Origin: Microbotryum violaceum
Taxonomy: Eukaryota
Assembly (NCBI GenBank): GCA_001244265.2
Contig: CDLV01000011.1
Span: forward strand, 1,612,001-1,676,000
DNA: 64,000 bases
Direction of reading: 5' to 3'
The number at the start of each line of letters is the position of its first letter. The stretch's first letter is position 1. Shown in pieces: positions 52,952-64,000 of the stretch. Made by a program: the position numbers and the translations under genes. The notes below the pieces were generated by a model. The model was not told the origin of the DNA. It searched no databases and saw nothing but the letters and a program-made list of their open reading frames with translations.

Positions 52952-53824
52952 TGACTTTACGGGAAGGCTGGGTGTCCAGCATGAGAATGGCTGTGTCGTC
53001 TTTGTAGAGGTGCCCCGGCGTCCGTTGAGCCGGGTAGGGACGCACTCGGATATGCATGCGAAAGAACTTTGAAGACGATCGTTTGGTAAGGCTGGTGGTA
53101 GAGTTGAAGTACTAGGAGCGATACGACGTCAAGTCAAAATGTTTTAGCGGGACTAGTCTACGTCTCGCTGGTCGATGCGCGGAAAAAGAAAGACGGGCCC
53201 TTAGTGATAGTAGTGCTTCGGCTGGCAATGTGTTGAAGTTTGAAACTATGAATAAACTCAGGGTTCAGAAAAAAATCGGCCCCTCCTTGCAGCGAACGAC
53301 GCGAGTTTTGAGCGTGTTTGGTTGGGAGAAAAAGAGATATCCTTCCTGGTTGGTAATCGAGCAATCGAAGTAGGAGTCATCTGACGTATCTGACAGATGA
53401 AGGTGGACCATTGAAGAGGGGCTCGTCAGTGATCATGATCTGGAAGGCGACTCACTAGGCGAACTAGTCTGTAATTGTTCTGCCATACCTTGGAGACCGG
53501 ACTCCGAGCTCGTCAATACATAACCTCAATCGAGCACATGCTGACCGATTCGACTTTCTGATGTTCTGATCCCTGGCCAATGACTCGCAAGGGTCCGCAT
53601 CAGATCTGATCTGATCTGACGGGGTTCAGATCAGGTTCAGATCAACCACTGCCTCGAGGAAAAAAATCCAAAAGTTGGCGGTACCTAGATGGTGCCATTG
53701 TGATTTCAACTGCGGCGCACTTGATTAAAAGAGAGAATGGATCGCGCCATCTCATTGCAAACACTTTCTCATAGGGATCATGTGACCCAATCCAGTCATA
53801 GAAGCGGGGAGCTCCTCCAAAACG

Positions 53825-54181
53825 ACACCGACCATTACTTCTTCGGCTGTTTCGACTCGCGGAACGTCTGGATCGCGACGAGGGGCGTGCTCTGCAACGC
53901 ACTGGGGTGTGACACGATCGATGACGCCGACTACACGACACTGCAACGACTCCTCTTTGGCCTCCCCAAGCTCAAGGCCAAACTCAGCGATCAGGAAGGG
54001 GTGGGCAGGACAATCAAGATTTTCACGGGGATGGGCTTGAAGATGATCAGCAGTGGGAGAGGGAGGATGCAGAAGCACGGGACGAGGATGGAAATCGTGG
54101 AGAGGAAAAGGGTGGTACTGGAGGAGGGGATGAGTTGAGGGCGGGAGGAGCAAGAGGCGGGCGAGGGCAGTAGAGGCTGGG
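53825..54181 (+). mobile_element. Internal fragment of LINE family B (ORF2 C-terminus)
   Basis: DTDHYFFGCFDSRNVWIATRGVLC..LFGLPKLKAKLS matches 60735-61080; no poly(A). Confidence 0.85.
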
Positions 54182-54994
54182 TATACTACGTTTGCTTCAA
54201 AACTGCGTTTCTAAAATCTTTGGCTCGGGTGGAACCCGAACCTGACTAGTCCATCGCTCCTTTATCAACAGCACCAAGCTACAAAAGCGGTGGAGAGACA
54301 GGGAAGGTCAAAGGCACACTCTTCTCGAGAAGCGCCGCAACGCCTCCAAAGTTGAACAAGAGGCATCCGCCGCCGAGCGATGTAAGCCTCGTCCTAACAG
54401 GTCCCGTGTTCGCCGGTGATTCCGTTTTCGACGGTGACTGACTGACTTCCCGTGTTGATGCGGACTTGTGTGCAACGGTATCTTAACCTCACAAACCAAA
54501 CAAACCTGAAGCGAGCGCGTTGGAAAAGACCCCAAGCGGGTTATGTACGGCCACTTCGGCGCGCCGAGGACGAGGAAAAGAAGAAGCAAGGCACGGTGGG
54601 TGGCGCCATCGCCAACGGGAATGCGAATGCGGATTGACATGGGTGAAGGCACTGGAGGACCGGGTAATCGGCCATCGTGTTCTGCGTTCTGATCAGCCTC
54701 CCATGTTGAGCTTGGTTGTGTCGTTTGGACGGGCATATAGACTTTGGAAAAATTGCCGAAACGACTGAGGAAGTGAAGGGAGATCGCCCGCGTCGTCCTT
54801 GTCGTCATTGCATGCATGACGGGAGAGATTATGTACCTTGAGATGAACAGCCAAAAAGGAAAACTGTGCATGGGTGTTGGTATGGCATGAACGGCTTGTT
54901 GTGATGTATAAAAGATGTCCACGTTGACAAAGGCTTACGGTATAGCAAGGATGTTTCCGGTGGTCTGGCCGGAGTATGGCGCGCTCCTCTAATT

Positions 54995-55820
54995 TCAATT
55001 GTTCTTGATGGTAAAGGAGTGAGTATGTTTCCCGAATACTCCCTGATCTTGGGTGTAGCTGGTTCGTGAGACGCCGAAGTAAATGAAGCTGTGGGGACAG
55101 ACAAGCTGTCGGTTGATCAAGCCTCGAGAGAAAAGGAAGGTGCAGTCACGGTGGAGGCACATACGCCGAGACATTTGCATTTGCTCCTTCTTCACCGTTA
55201 AGGACATTCCAGGCTATGTCATTTGGGATCGTGGTAGTGTTGCCTCCAGTGTTGAGCGGGATGTCGCGATCGATGAACCCTATAGAATTGAGTCAACCTC
55301 AAGATCAAGTTAGCATCAAGTTTAGACATTGGGGTCTTCCTGTGGTCAGGGTCGCAGTAGCCTTTCGATCTTTTCTGGGAGGCATCTGAAGGAGCTCACT
55401 ACTTTCCGAGTTCGCACTCCCACGGCATGTTAACCAAAGATCAACATTTTCAGGGGAGTGGGTCGGCTTCCACCTGTAAGTGACCTTGTCGCCGGGGCGG
55501 TATGTCTCGCCTCCCCGAGGATAGACGATGGCGGGAGGGGTGAGAAGGGGGAAACGCGGGCGCGGAAGCCAACGGGGCCTTAGAGCGAGAGGGGCGACAT
55601 GAGAGACGTCTCTGGTCAACGTCGATGGGTGACGAAAGTCGGGGGTGTGTGAACCGGAGATGTTCTGCTTCGTGAAATCGGCGACTGCTTCGCTGCCAGG
55701 GGGCGGGTCGAAACTACGGCCGTTGTCGAGCGCCTTCAGGGGCGAGGCCGTGAGGGGAGAACACGTTGCCAAACTCGCTACGAGAGTGAGTGCGGCCAAA
55801 TGCGACCACAAGAGCAGCAT
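54995..55820 (-). CDS. Secreted protein (209 aa), effector candidate with Ig-like/Ser-Thr-GPI-family-like motif
   Basis: Signal peptide MLLLWSHLAALTLVASLATC. Exons 55820-55400, 55279-55165, 55088-54995 splice in frame. IVYPRGGETYRPGDKVTYRW. Confidence 0.7.
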
Positions 55821-56569
55821 GGTACGAGGCGTAGGTTCTTCACGGATGAGGTCGGATAGCAACGACTAACAAAGGGCGACTTTGATGGATGATACAAGCA
55901 AAAGGACAAGAGGCGTAACGATCCTCCGAGTCGACTCCGGTGTCAGGAGATTTTCGTAACTGCCCGTTCTGAACTCCGCGTGCGCCTTTCTCGCACGACC
56001 CGCACCGCTCCTCGCGTTGCGGTGAGACCCTTTCCCATGACGTCTCCTACGCTATGCGCTCGTCCCTCGGACTCTCGACTCGCTCTCGTCTCTCGGACTT
56101 TCGTTTTAACACCTCTCCTGGTTTTTACCGCCTCCTCTGACCTAACTCCTCAGTTTCATAGCTGATAACTTCTCTCTCCTTTCTCTGCAACTCAACTTCC
56201 GTCCAAGGTCACATCCCAACTCTCCCCCTCGTCCTCGTCTCTCTTGAGAAGTACCTAGAACATGTCTCGACTCGTCTCGACCCTCTTCGTCGGGTCATCC
56301 CTCCTATCTTTGTCACACGCGGAAACACGCGCACCTGAGGGGTTCGATCGTTTCAGACGTTGAAAATTGTACCAACCAGTGGGAACCCGTTGAATTATTT
56401 GTACTAAGCCTGATCACATATTTTATTTTCTACGCAAAAAAAAAAAAACAGTTTCTTTTTGTATCAAACCAGTGGGAAACCGTTAAATTAACGGGAGGAT
56501 GAAAATTAAATAGCAGAATCGTGATCTCAGTTGAAGGTAAAACACACAATACAAAGGACAGCTTCAAAA

Positions 56570-59500
56570 CTATTTCCCATTCATTGCTCTGAGAACAGAG
56601 CGGAATACTGGGTTTGGGGTCGCGGTGGCTGCCGCTGCCGCTCGATCAACGGCTTGTAGGTCGTTGTCATCATCGGCGGGGTCGCAAGAGGGCAGTAGCA
56701 CCTTGATTCGATCAACACTCATGGCTCGAGACAATGCCACATACAGCTGCCCATGAGTGAAGACGGGATGTAGGGAGAGATCGACGCCAACACGATCGAG
56801 TGATTGACCTTGGGCTTTGTTGATCGTCATGGCCAAGGCAACGCGAAGCGGGAATTGGAGCCGGCGCATAGTGAAACCAAGTTGGCGACTGCCAGTCGCA
56901 TTTGTCTCAAGTCGCACGCGAGGGATGAAGACCGTGGTGCCCGCTCGATCTCCGGTCAAGATGATGGCTTGAATGACTCTCGATCTTGCGTGCGACACGA
57001 TCAGGCGGGTACCGTTGCAGAGGCCCGCGTCTGGGTCCAAATTGCGAAGAAGAACGACGGGGATCCCTTCCTTGAGACGCAAGTGATGCGCGGGGAAGTT
57101 GGATGGGTTGATTGAATGTAGATACTCTGGCGAAATCAGTTCCGGCGCCATTCCACCCCAGTTTCGCCTGCCTCAACGACCTCGTCTGCGCTGCGATACT
57201 CGATGTAGTCGCCATTGAACTCTTCCAGCAGCTTGGCATTGATGCGATCGACCGTTGCATTATGCGGAGCTAGGATTGCCTGACGTGAGAACAGCTGAAT
57301 CAGGTCTTCGAGGGACTCCTTGTTCACGGTCCTTAAACCGGGGTAGACAAAGTTGATCAACCGTTCGGCCGTTCTTTGACCGTCCGGAAGCAGCAGGTAA
57401 TCAGGCAGCTGCGAAACGGATAGAAGGGGTCTTAGTGTCGGTTGGTTGGGTAAAAGAGGGGAGCCAAACGTACTGCAATCTTGTCGTATGGGTGCATGTT
57501 GGCAGTTCCATCTCCCACGGTGAGTAGCCATTCCGCAAAGTCGCGCGTTCGAGCCAATTGAGCCTCGTCCATCGCATCAGCGTTCGAGCTGAGACGCATG
57601 TTCTCGGTAAGTCGCAAGACACGAACGTCGCGCCAGAAGTCTGCCTTGATGAGGGATGCATCGACGATTTGACCGGGAGTTCCTTTGGGAACGACAGGAA
57701 GGCACTGGCGAAAGTCCCCTACAAATTGGAAACCTCGTTAGCATGCCGCTGTTCAGAGCGGAGGCGGAAGAGCCCAACTGACCCGCAAAGATCATTGTCA
57801 CCCCGCCGAAGTGCTCCTCGGTCTCTCGGAGATCACGCAGTAAACGGTCGACAGCTTCCACCGCGAAGCGATGCGCCATTGGGGCTTCATCCCAAATGAT
57901 GAGCTTGGTGGTACGCAGCATCAGCGCGAGATTACTCTCCCTGTCGACTGGACACGTTGAGGTTGGCAAGGTGTCGAGTGGGATTCGAAAAGTTGAATGC
58001 GCCGTGTGTCCTCCCTTGAGAAGCAACGCCGCTACTCCGGACGACGCCACCGCAATCGCTTGGTCGCCTCGAGCTCGCACAGTATCGAGAAGGGCATTTT
58101 CCACAAAAGTCTTGCCAGTACCCCAGGCGCTAGCAGGAAAAACACATGCTGCGGCCCAAGGTTGTTGTCGCGCATCTGATCGACGACATCGAGCTCGACC
58201 GCGCAAAGACACTCGTCAAATGCAATTCGTTGGTCGTGGTTCAGACGGGCATGCGCCGCTTCGGCATCTTGCGCGCATTGCTGGCCATCAAAACGGGGAA
58301 GCCGTTCCTCGAGACGATCAAACAGCCGCACTTCGTCCTCGGTCAGCTCGGGAAGATCAAAGAAGGCCAAAGCTCGATCGTTTGCCGCAAGGAGGAGACC
58401 AATCTTGTTGAGGGTCCACAGGCGGATGGTTTGATTGTTGAGGCACGTCTTCATAGCGTTCGATGTGATAACGGGCATCGTCGCTAAGAGAAGCAAAGTG
58501 ACGATCCAGCAAAGCTCGTGTGTTGGCAACCGTCGCATGGATGAGTATGAACACGAATAATCGGCGTAGTTGGTCACCGGTTTCAATATGTGCAGCTTCC
58601 CTAAGACAGATGTGATGCTCGCCATCGTCGGCGAGAAGTCCGCGAGCGGCGCAAGCGGCGCGATAGGAAGGATACACGACGTCTTCGAACATGAGCAGGT
58701 CCGCAAACGATGTCGGGCCCATGACGACCTCGAGGAGCAGTCTGAGGTAAAAGCGCTCCCCACTACGCAGTGGGACGGTGTAGATTCGTCCAATGACATT
58801 GCGATCATGGACTCGGCGTTTCCAGCGCAACTTCTCCTTATTCCAGGAGTAGTAGCGCGGCACATTCGTGTAGAGCAACGTGGTAGTGAGCTCGCCGTCG
58901 GGAGCTGCAGCGCACAGGTCGAAGAAGCCGGTCAGTTTGGAGCGAGTGGGCGGAGTGTCGAGGGGCAGCGGTTCATTGGGATTGATCTGCACAGATTGTT
59001 GATTCTCCAGATGGACCGGTAGTCGATTGACGGGTGGTCACACTCTACCGACCGAGAATCCGAATAGGCGGTGGACCGCTTCTGGAGCACTGATGTAGCG
59101 ACCTTCGACGAACTCGTTGATCTCATCTCGAACCGGTTCGTCCTCGCGAGCCCCTTCACCGTTCGCTGCACGCTCAACACGCGCCACAGCTCGATCCGGA
59201 CCTTTGTACACATACTTGAAGAGGTACTTGATCGCGCCGATCGTTGTCACAGCCTCCACATTGATATGCGCATTGTACTTGGCGCAGAGATAAGGCGAGT
59301 ACGGCACGTAGTCACCATCGTTGTAGATAACACCCCCCTTGACAACGGCGTGGCGAAAGCGTCGGCGATACAACGGGTAGCCTTCAGGGTGCATGCGGGT
59401 ATGGGGGTTCTGTTCGCGAGGAAAATGGCGCTTGCACCTCGGATTACCGTACTTGTCCTTCTCCATGCAGGGCTGAGTCGAGTTTCCGCCACACTTGCCA

Positions 59501-60074
59501 TGCAGCATGTGCTTTGTGACGGTCTCGTGGAGATCAGGATGGCGCGAAGGATCGGGTATCTCGGCCGAGATCATCTTGTCGATCGCTTCCGTCGACAAAG
59601 GATGATAGTCCGGCGCGAGGGTGATGAGGATATGGGCATGTGGCAGGCCCCGCTTCTGATACTCAATCACATGTGTATGCGTCAGAACCACGCCAAAACA
59701 GCCTGCACGTTGCTTGTTGCCAAAAACGTCGTCGCAGAGTCGGTTCAGCTTGGCTTCAAACACTCGTGCAATGAGATCCGGACGGTTGCATGCTTTGTCG
59801 TTCGGCCCCAGTGCAGCCTTGGTTTGCGGTGATTCAGGAACGCACGTCATCGTGATGAGCAGCGGAGGCTTTCCATGTTTGACAACGCACGCCATCGCAT
59901 CCTGGTATCGCTGCATGATGTCGCGCGGTCTATTCTTGAACATCGAGCCCAAAGTCATCGAGCGTCCAATTTGGTCCGGGGTTAAGCCGTTGATGCCTTG
60001 GGTCGTGCTGAGGCGTAGGTTTTCTTAATGCAACTGGATGTAGTTTAGTCGATCGGCCTCAGCCTGGGAGTATC
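56570..60074 (-). mobile_element. Helitron Rep-helicase, disrupted
   Basis: Rep HUH EYQKRGLPHAHILI and KYLFKYVYKGPD. PIF1 motifs GTGKTF, LIIWDEAPM, GDFRQCLPV, GLCNGTRL, AMTINKAQGQS, HGQLYVALSR. Several frameshifts and a TAA at 60025. Termini not identified. Confidence 0.93.
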
Positions 60075-63000
60075 TTTTTTTTTTGTAGAACTTGTTCATC
60101 ATATTGCCCCCAATTCCTGTTCCCCCTGATTGGCCTACGGAAAAACTAGATGGAAGTCGACGATGATAACACAAACCGCCCGCAAGATGCGAGAAACGGG
60201 CCGGTGTCCACCAATCCGATACTTGGGATTCAAGTGCCCCAGCCAAGCGGTTGCTCCCCCCCAGGAGACGAATGAGAGAGAGAAGGAGAGAGAGAGAGAA
60301 AGAGAAAGGAGTAATAAAACAATTTACTAAGCGACAAGAGGCCCACCCCGCCGTCACTTCCCAACTCGGTCGAGACAAAGACAGGAGATCGACTGCGCAA
60401 CTACCCTGACCCGCGAAGTCCTAAGTCTATGCTCGGTCACAACAAGACGCGGTGGAGGCCCCTCAAAACCTCCACCTCAGCAGTCCCTGGCCCCTCAAAG
60501 CCGACTTTCTGCCTGTGTCTGCTGATCCCTCCCTTGACTCATAACCCCGAAGCCAAAGAGCGCGAGTCACCGTCGAGTCATTCTCAAATCGCGAGCCGGT
60601 CCATGAGCAACGAAGGCAGACCTGTAATAGATGAAAGATGAAAGCAAGATATTTAGTATACAGTGTTTTGTTGGAAGATGAAGCGTGATGGTGTGTGTGT
60701 GTGGGGTGTGGTGGGGGGAAATCGAACCCAGCCTCTACTGCCCTCGCCCGCCCCCTGCTCCTCCCGCCCTCAACTTCATCCTCTCCTCCAGTACCACTCT
60801 CCTCCTCTCCACGCTTTCCATCCTCGTCCCGTGCTTCTGCATCCTCCATCTCCCACTGCTGATCATTTCCAAAACCATCCCCGTGAACATCTCGATCGTC
60901 CTGCCCGCCCCTTCCTGTTCGCTGAGCTTGGCCTTGAGCCTGGGGAGGCCAAAGAGCCGTTGCAGTGTCGTGTACTGGGCGTCCTCAATCGTGTCGCACC
61001 CGAGTGCGTCGCAGAGCACGCCCCTTGCCGCGATCCAGACATTCCGCGAGTCAACGCAGCCGAAAAAGGAGTGGTCGGTGTCGTCCACCGGCGCTTCGCA
61101 GACGAGGCACGCGGGAGAAGTGTCGTGATTCTGTTGGTGTTGCAGCTTGCGCGTCGGGGTGAAGCGGAGAGTCAGCTTAAACCAAACTTCCCTCTCCCTC
61201 GCCGTCAGTGCCTTCGAGTTGACCGCCTTCCAAAAGCTCCTGAGGTCGTCCGGCTGCGGTGGTCCCTTGAGCCCGAGCGTGTTGGTAAAGGCCTTCGCGT
61301 TCAGGACCCGGCGGATGCGACGGATGGTGTACGGTCGAGCCATGTTCAGCAGCTTGTACTGGCTCGCCTGCTGTGGAAGCACCGGGTCCGGAAGGCGCTG
61401 CTCCATTGCGAAGCGGGCCACGGGCTTGGGGAGAATCGCCTCGAGCGGTGCGCTGGTGCCGATCCGGGGAGGCACGTTGAGCCGTCCTGCTGCCACTGCC
61501 ACCGCCAAGGGCGTGTTCTTGTGTCGATCGACAGTGAACCGGTACCAGGCCGCGATTGCCAGTCGCTGCGGGAGCCCGCGTCGATCGTACTCGCTGTTGT
61601 CGCCGAGCACATCCGCCGGCGGCGTCCAAAGGTGAAACCCCCACCCGCATACAACTCGCGCCGGTAGAGATCCGCCACCTTCGGGTAGCCCTGGAGACGA
61701 AGGTAGTCAGGTATATGAACCGCGTCGATGGTCTGTCTCCCTCTGATGGGGGTGTGGAGGCTGCCGAGCAAGGTGGGAAGCGCGAGCAGGTTCGCGGTGG
61801 TCAAGGTCCTCGGGTTGACCTGCGCGTCTTGCTGTTTCGGAACCCCCAATACTGCTTGCCATCGGGGATGGAGGTCGCTGGGGATGGGAGTGGATGGATG
61901 TGGCCAGAGATCGGTGGCCAGGTCGAGGTCGGAATGAGCTCGCTGGAGTGCCGCGCGCGCAAGTCCTTGCCAGATCGCGCCCGAACCGCCGAGAAGAACG
62001 TCCCAGATCCGTGCCGCAACCGCGTCCACGACGTCCTGCATCCTGATCACCCCGGTCCCCCCTTAAGCTTGGCTGTGAACACGATATCTCTGCCGTAGCT
62101 GGTCCTGCCCTTGCCCCACGGACGAAATCGACGAGCATGTCATCGAGCTTCTTGACGACTTCGGGCGGCGGGATGTCGGCTGCAAGGAAGTGTAGGATCT
62201 TGGGGATGGCGTACCGATTGACGTAAAAGGCACGGATGTGGTGTGTGAGCCAGCGATGCTGAACCCCTTCCAGCGTCGCCTCGAGGCGTTCGATGAGATT
62301 CGCGTAGGCGAGTTCGGTGTCGCCGCTCGGGTCGAAGGGGAGGCCGATCCACTCGAGCGACTCGCCTGCGGCCTTGACGACGAGCGGGCGTTGCCCCGGG
62401 TCCCAGCGGCGTCCGATCGGTAGGACGACCGTCTTGTCCGTGTTGAGCCGGCCATTCGTTGCATGCCTCCAGTCGAGCGCCAGGTCATCGAGCAAGTTGA
62501 GTGACCCCAAGCCCGCGACGGCGACGACAACGTCATCGGCAAAAGCAAGCGATGTAATGGCGCGGATCTGTGGGTACGGATGAAGTGCAGGTATGGAGAG
62601 ATTCAGCGCGATGTTTCGACGGTGTAGAGCATCCAGAAACGGCTGAAACACGATGTCCCAGACCGACGACGACGCCGGGTCCCCTTGGCCGAGCCCACAC
62701 GTCAGTCGTACCGGCGCCGTCAAGAACCCATTGATGATGTAGCGGGCCGAGGTCGAGTCACCCGAGTAGAGCATCCTCAGCACGCGAAGAAAGGTGGCAG
62801 GAGCGCCCAGAGCGTCAAAGATGGCAAAGATCCAGTCATGCTCGACGAGGTCGTAGGCGGACGATTGGTCAAGAGATAAGAGTGCGGCCGCGGGGAACTC
62901 GGTCCTGCGCGCGCCAACTTCCTCGATCAGGAGACGAAGGTGTAGTGCAGCGTCAGCCGATCGGCGGTCCTTGACGAATCCGTGCTGCTGCGGCGGGAGG

Positions 63001-63370
63001 AGATCGGTAGAATCTGGTTCAAACGGGCGACATAGACCTTGGTAAAGATCTTGTAATCGCACTCGCGCAGGGTGATCGGCCGGTACGACGAAAGTTCGGC
63101 GCGATCGGCATTCTTCTTGTGTCGCTTGAAGATGAGGCGCACGAGTCCTTGGCCCTGCTTGGGAGAGAGTGAGCCTCGCTCTATCATCGCGTTGTAGGCC
63201 TTGGTCAGCACCTTGGCCCACGCCTTGGGTGCGGTCTGGTAGAGTTCGTAGGGCACGCCCGACGGTCCCGGCGATCGCCCCGGGTGCGTCGTCCCGATCG
63301 CGGCCACGACCTCGTCCTCGGTGATTGGTCGCTGGAGTAAGTTGATCTGTGATTCCGAGAGTCGGCGCAG
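60075..63370 (-). mobile_element. LINE family B, 5'-truncated, nested in the Helitron
   Basis: RT motifs ([28 protein letters not shown]), CLVC..H....C, ~650-bp 3' UTR, A10 tail at 60075-60084; several frameshifts. Confidence 0.93.
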
Positions 63371-63699
63371 ATGTAAGGCAAGTTTGCCTTACGCACCTTA
63401 TGTGGCACCTGGTATTTGAACTACATCAATTCAAATTGCTTTACTTTTGGATCAGGCGTTAGGGTGCGCGCTTGCCTTTCATATCTTTCGATCACGAACG
63501 CCGGGAAGGGACGTCGAGTGCCATGCGGGCTTGTCGCGTTTGTGCAAGTAGAACGCAAAGGATTTGTGAACGCGAGACTCACCACCTTGACCCCCTTTAC
63601 TTGACCTTCGTCGTAGGTATTCAAACATTCAATATCAGTCTGTGCTCGCGCCTTAACAGAATGGGAACACCCGAGGAGGAGCCAAAGATGCTTATGTTC

Positions 63700-64000
63700 A
63701 CCATCACCGTTCTTTTTGTCCCCTTCCTCCTCGTCCTCACCTTCTTTGTTGCTGTCTTTTGGCGAAGAGTGGCCCAACTCGATCGAACCGCAAAGAGGAA
63801 TGTTGGGGTGGAAGCCATCTTCCCCTGCAGGAAAAAGTAGTGGGTAACGGAGAGGCATCGCGGACGGATGGAGCGAGCTAACGATTTGGTACTTGGGCCG
63901 ACCATCGGGACATCGATCACCGTGCACCTGGAGAATAAGGTCTTGCGGTCCACGATCTCCCGTGTTGGTGTCGGAATCGCAGATAAGCATCGCCATTTCC
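63700..64000 (-). mobile_element. Upstream portion of the Helitron Rep-helicase ORF
   Basis: DLILQV..YQIVSSLHPSAMPLRYPLLFPAGEDGFHPNIPL is the conserved Helitron pre-Rep motif. Confidence 0.82.

Noticed and set aside
53655-53820. U4-like or Pol III RNA upstream of the LINE B fragment (CAATGAG..GGCGCGAT, GTTGAAA, AACTTTTGG, T-run on minus)
   Set aside because: Only short word matches; no U6-pairing stems or cloverleaf. An Rfam scan would settle it.
55960-56500. Helitron 3' terminus (hairpin + CTRR); 27-bp direct repeat AACCAGTGGGAA.CCGTT.AATTA at ~56374 and ~56467
   Set aside because: No convincing GC-rich hairpin plus CTAG at the expected spacing; boundary left unassigned.

Overview
Eukaryotic, intron-rich fungal DNA. 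Gene content, GT-AG introns with CTRAC branch points and the TE families point to a basidiomycete, probably Pucciniomycotina such as Microbotryum (inference). Host genes: a conserved F-box-like protein, a Bqt4-like APSES protein, a FAS1 protein, a large secreted Cys-repeat/lyase-like protein, an F-box/LRR-like protein, mitoribosomal L2, an SDR, ISD11, MsrA, BolA2, Tea4/Bud14, mS45/Bot1, MIC60, two small secreted effector candidates and a frameshifted GH5 pseudogene. Mobile DNA: a young intact Copia (identical 280-bp LTRs, CATCT TSD), a scrambled Gypsy remnant, a broken Helitron, and five pieces of L1/Tx1-like LINEs in two related families (A and B). Main discovery: both family-A LINE copies are independently 5'-truncated, yet each sits about 55-65 bp upstream of a different intron-containing tRNA-Val(AAC) gene with its 5' end facing the tRNA. 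This suggests a tRNA-gene-targeted non-LTR retrotransposon in a fungus, analogous to Dictyostelium TRE5. Families A and B also share a structured 3'-terminal RNA motif. All alignments and gene models were made by eye; no searches were run.
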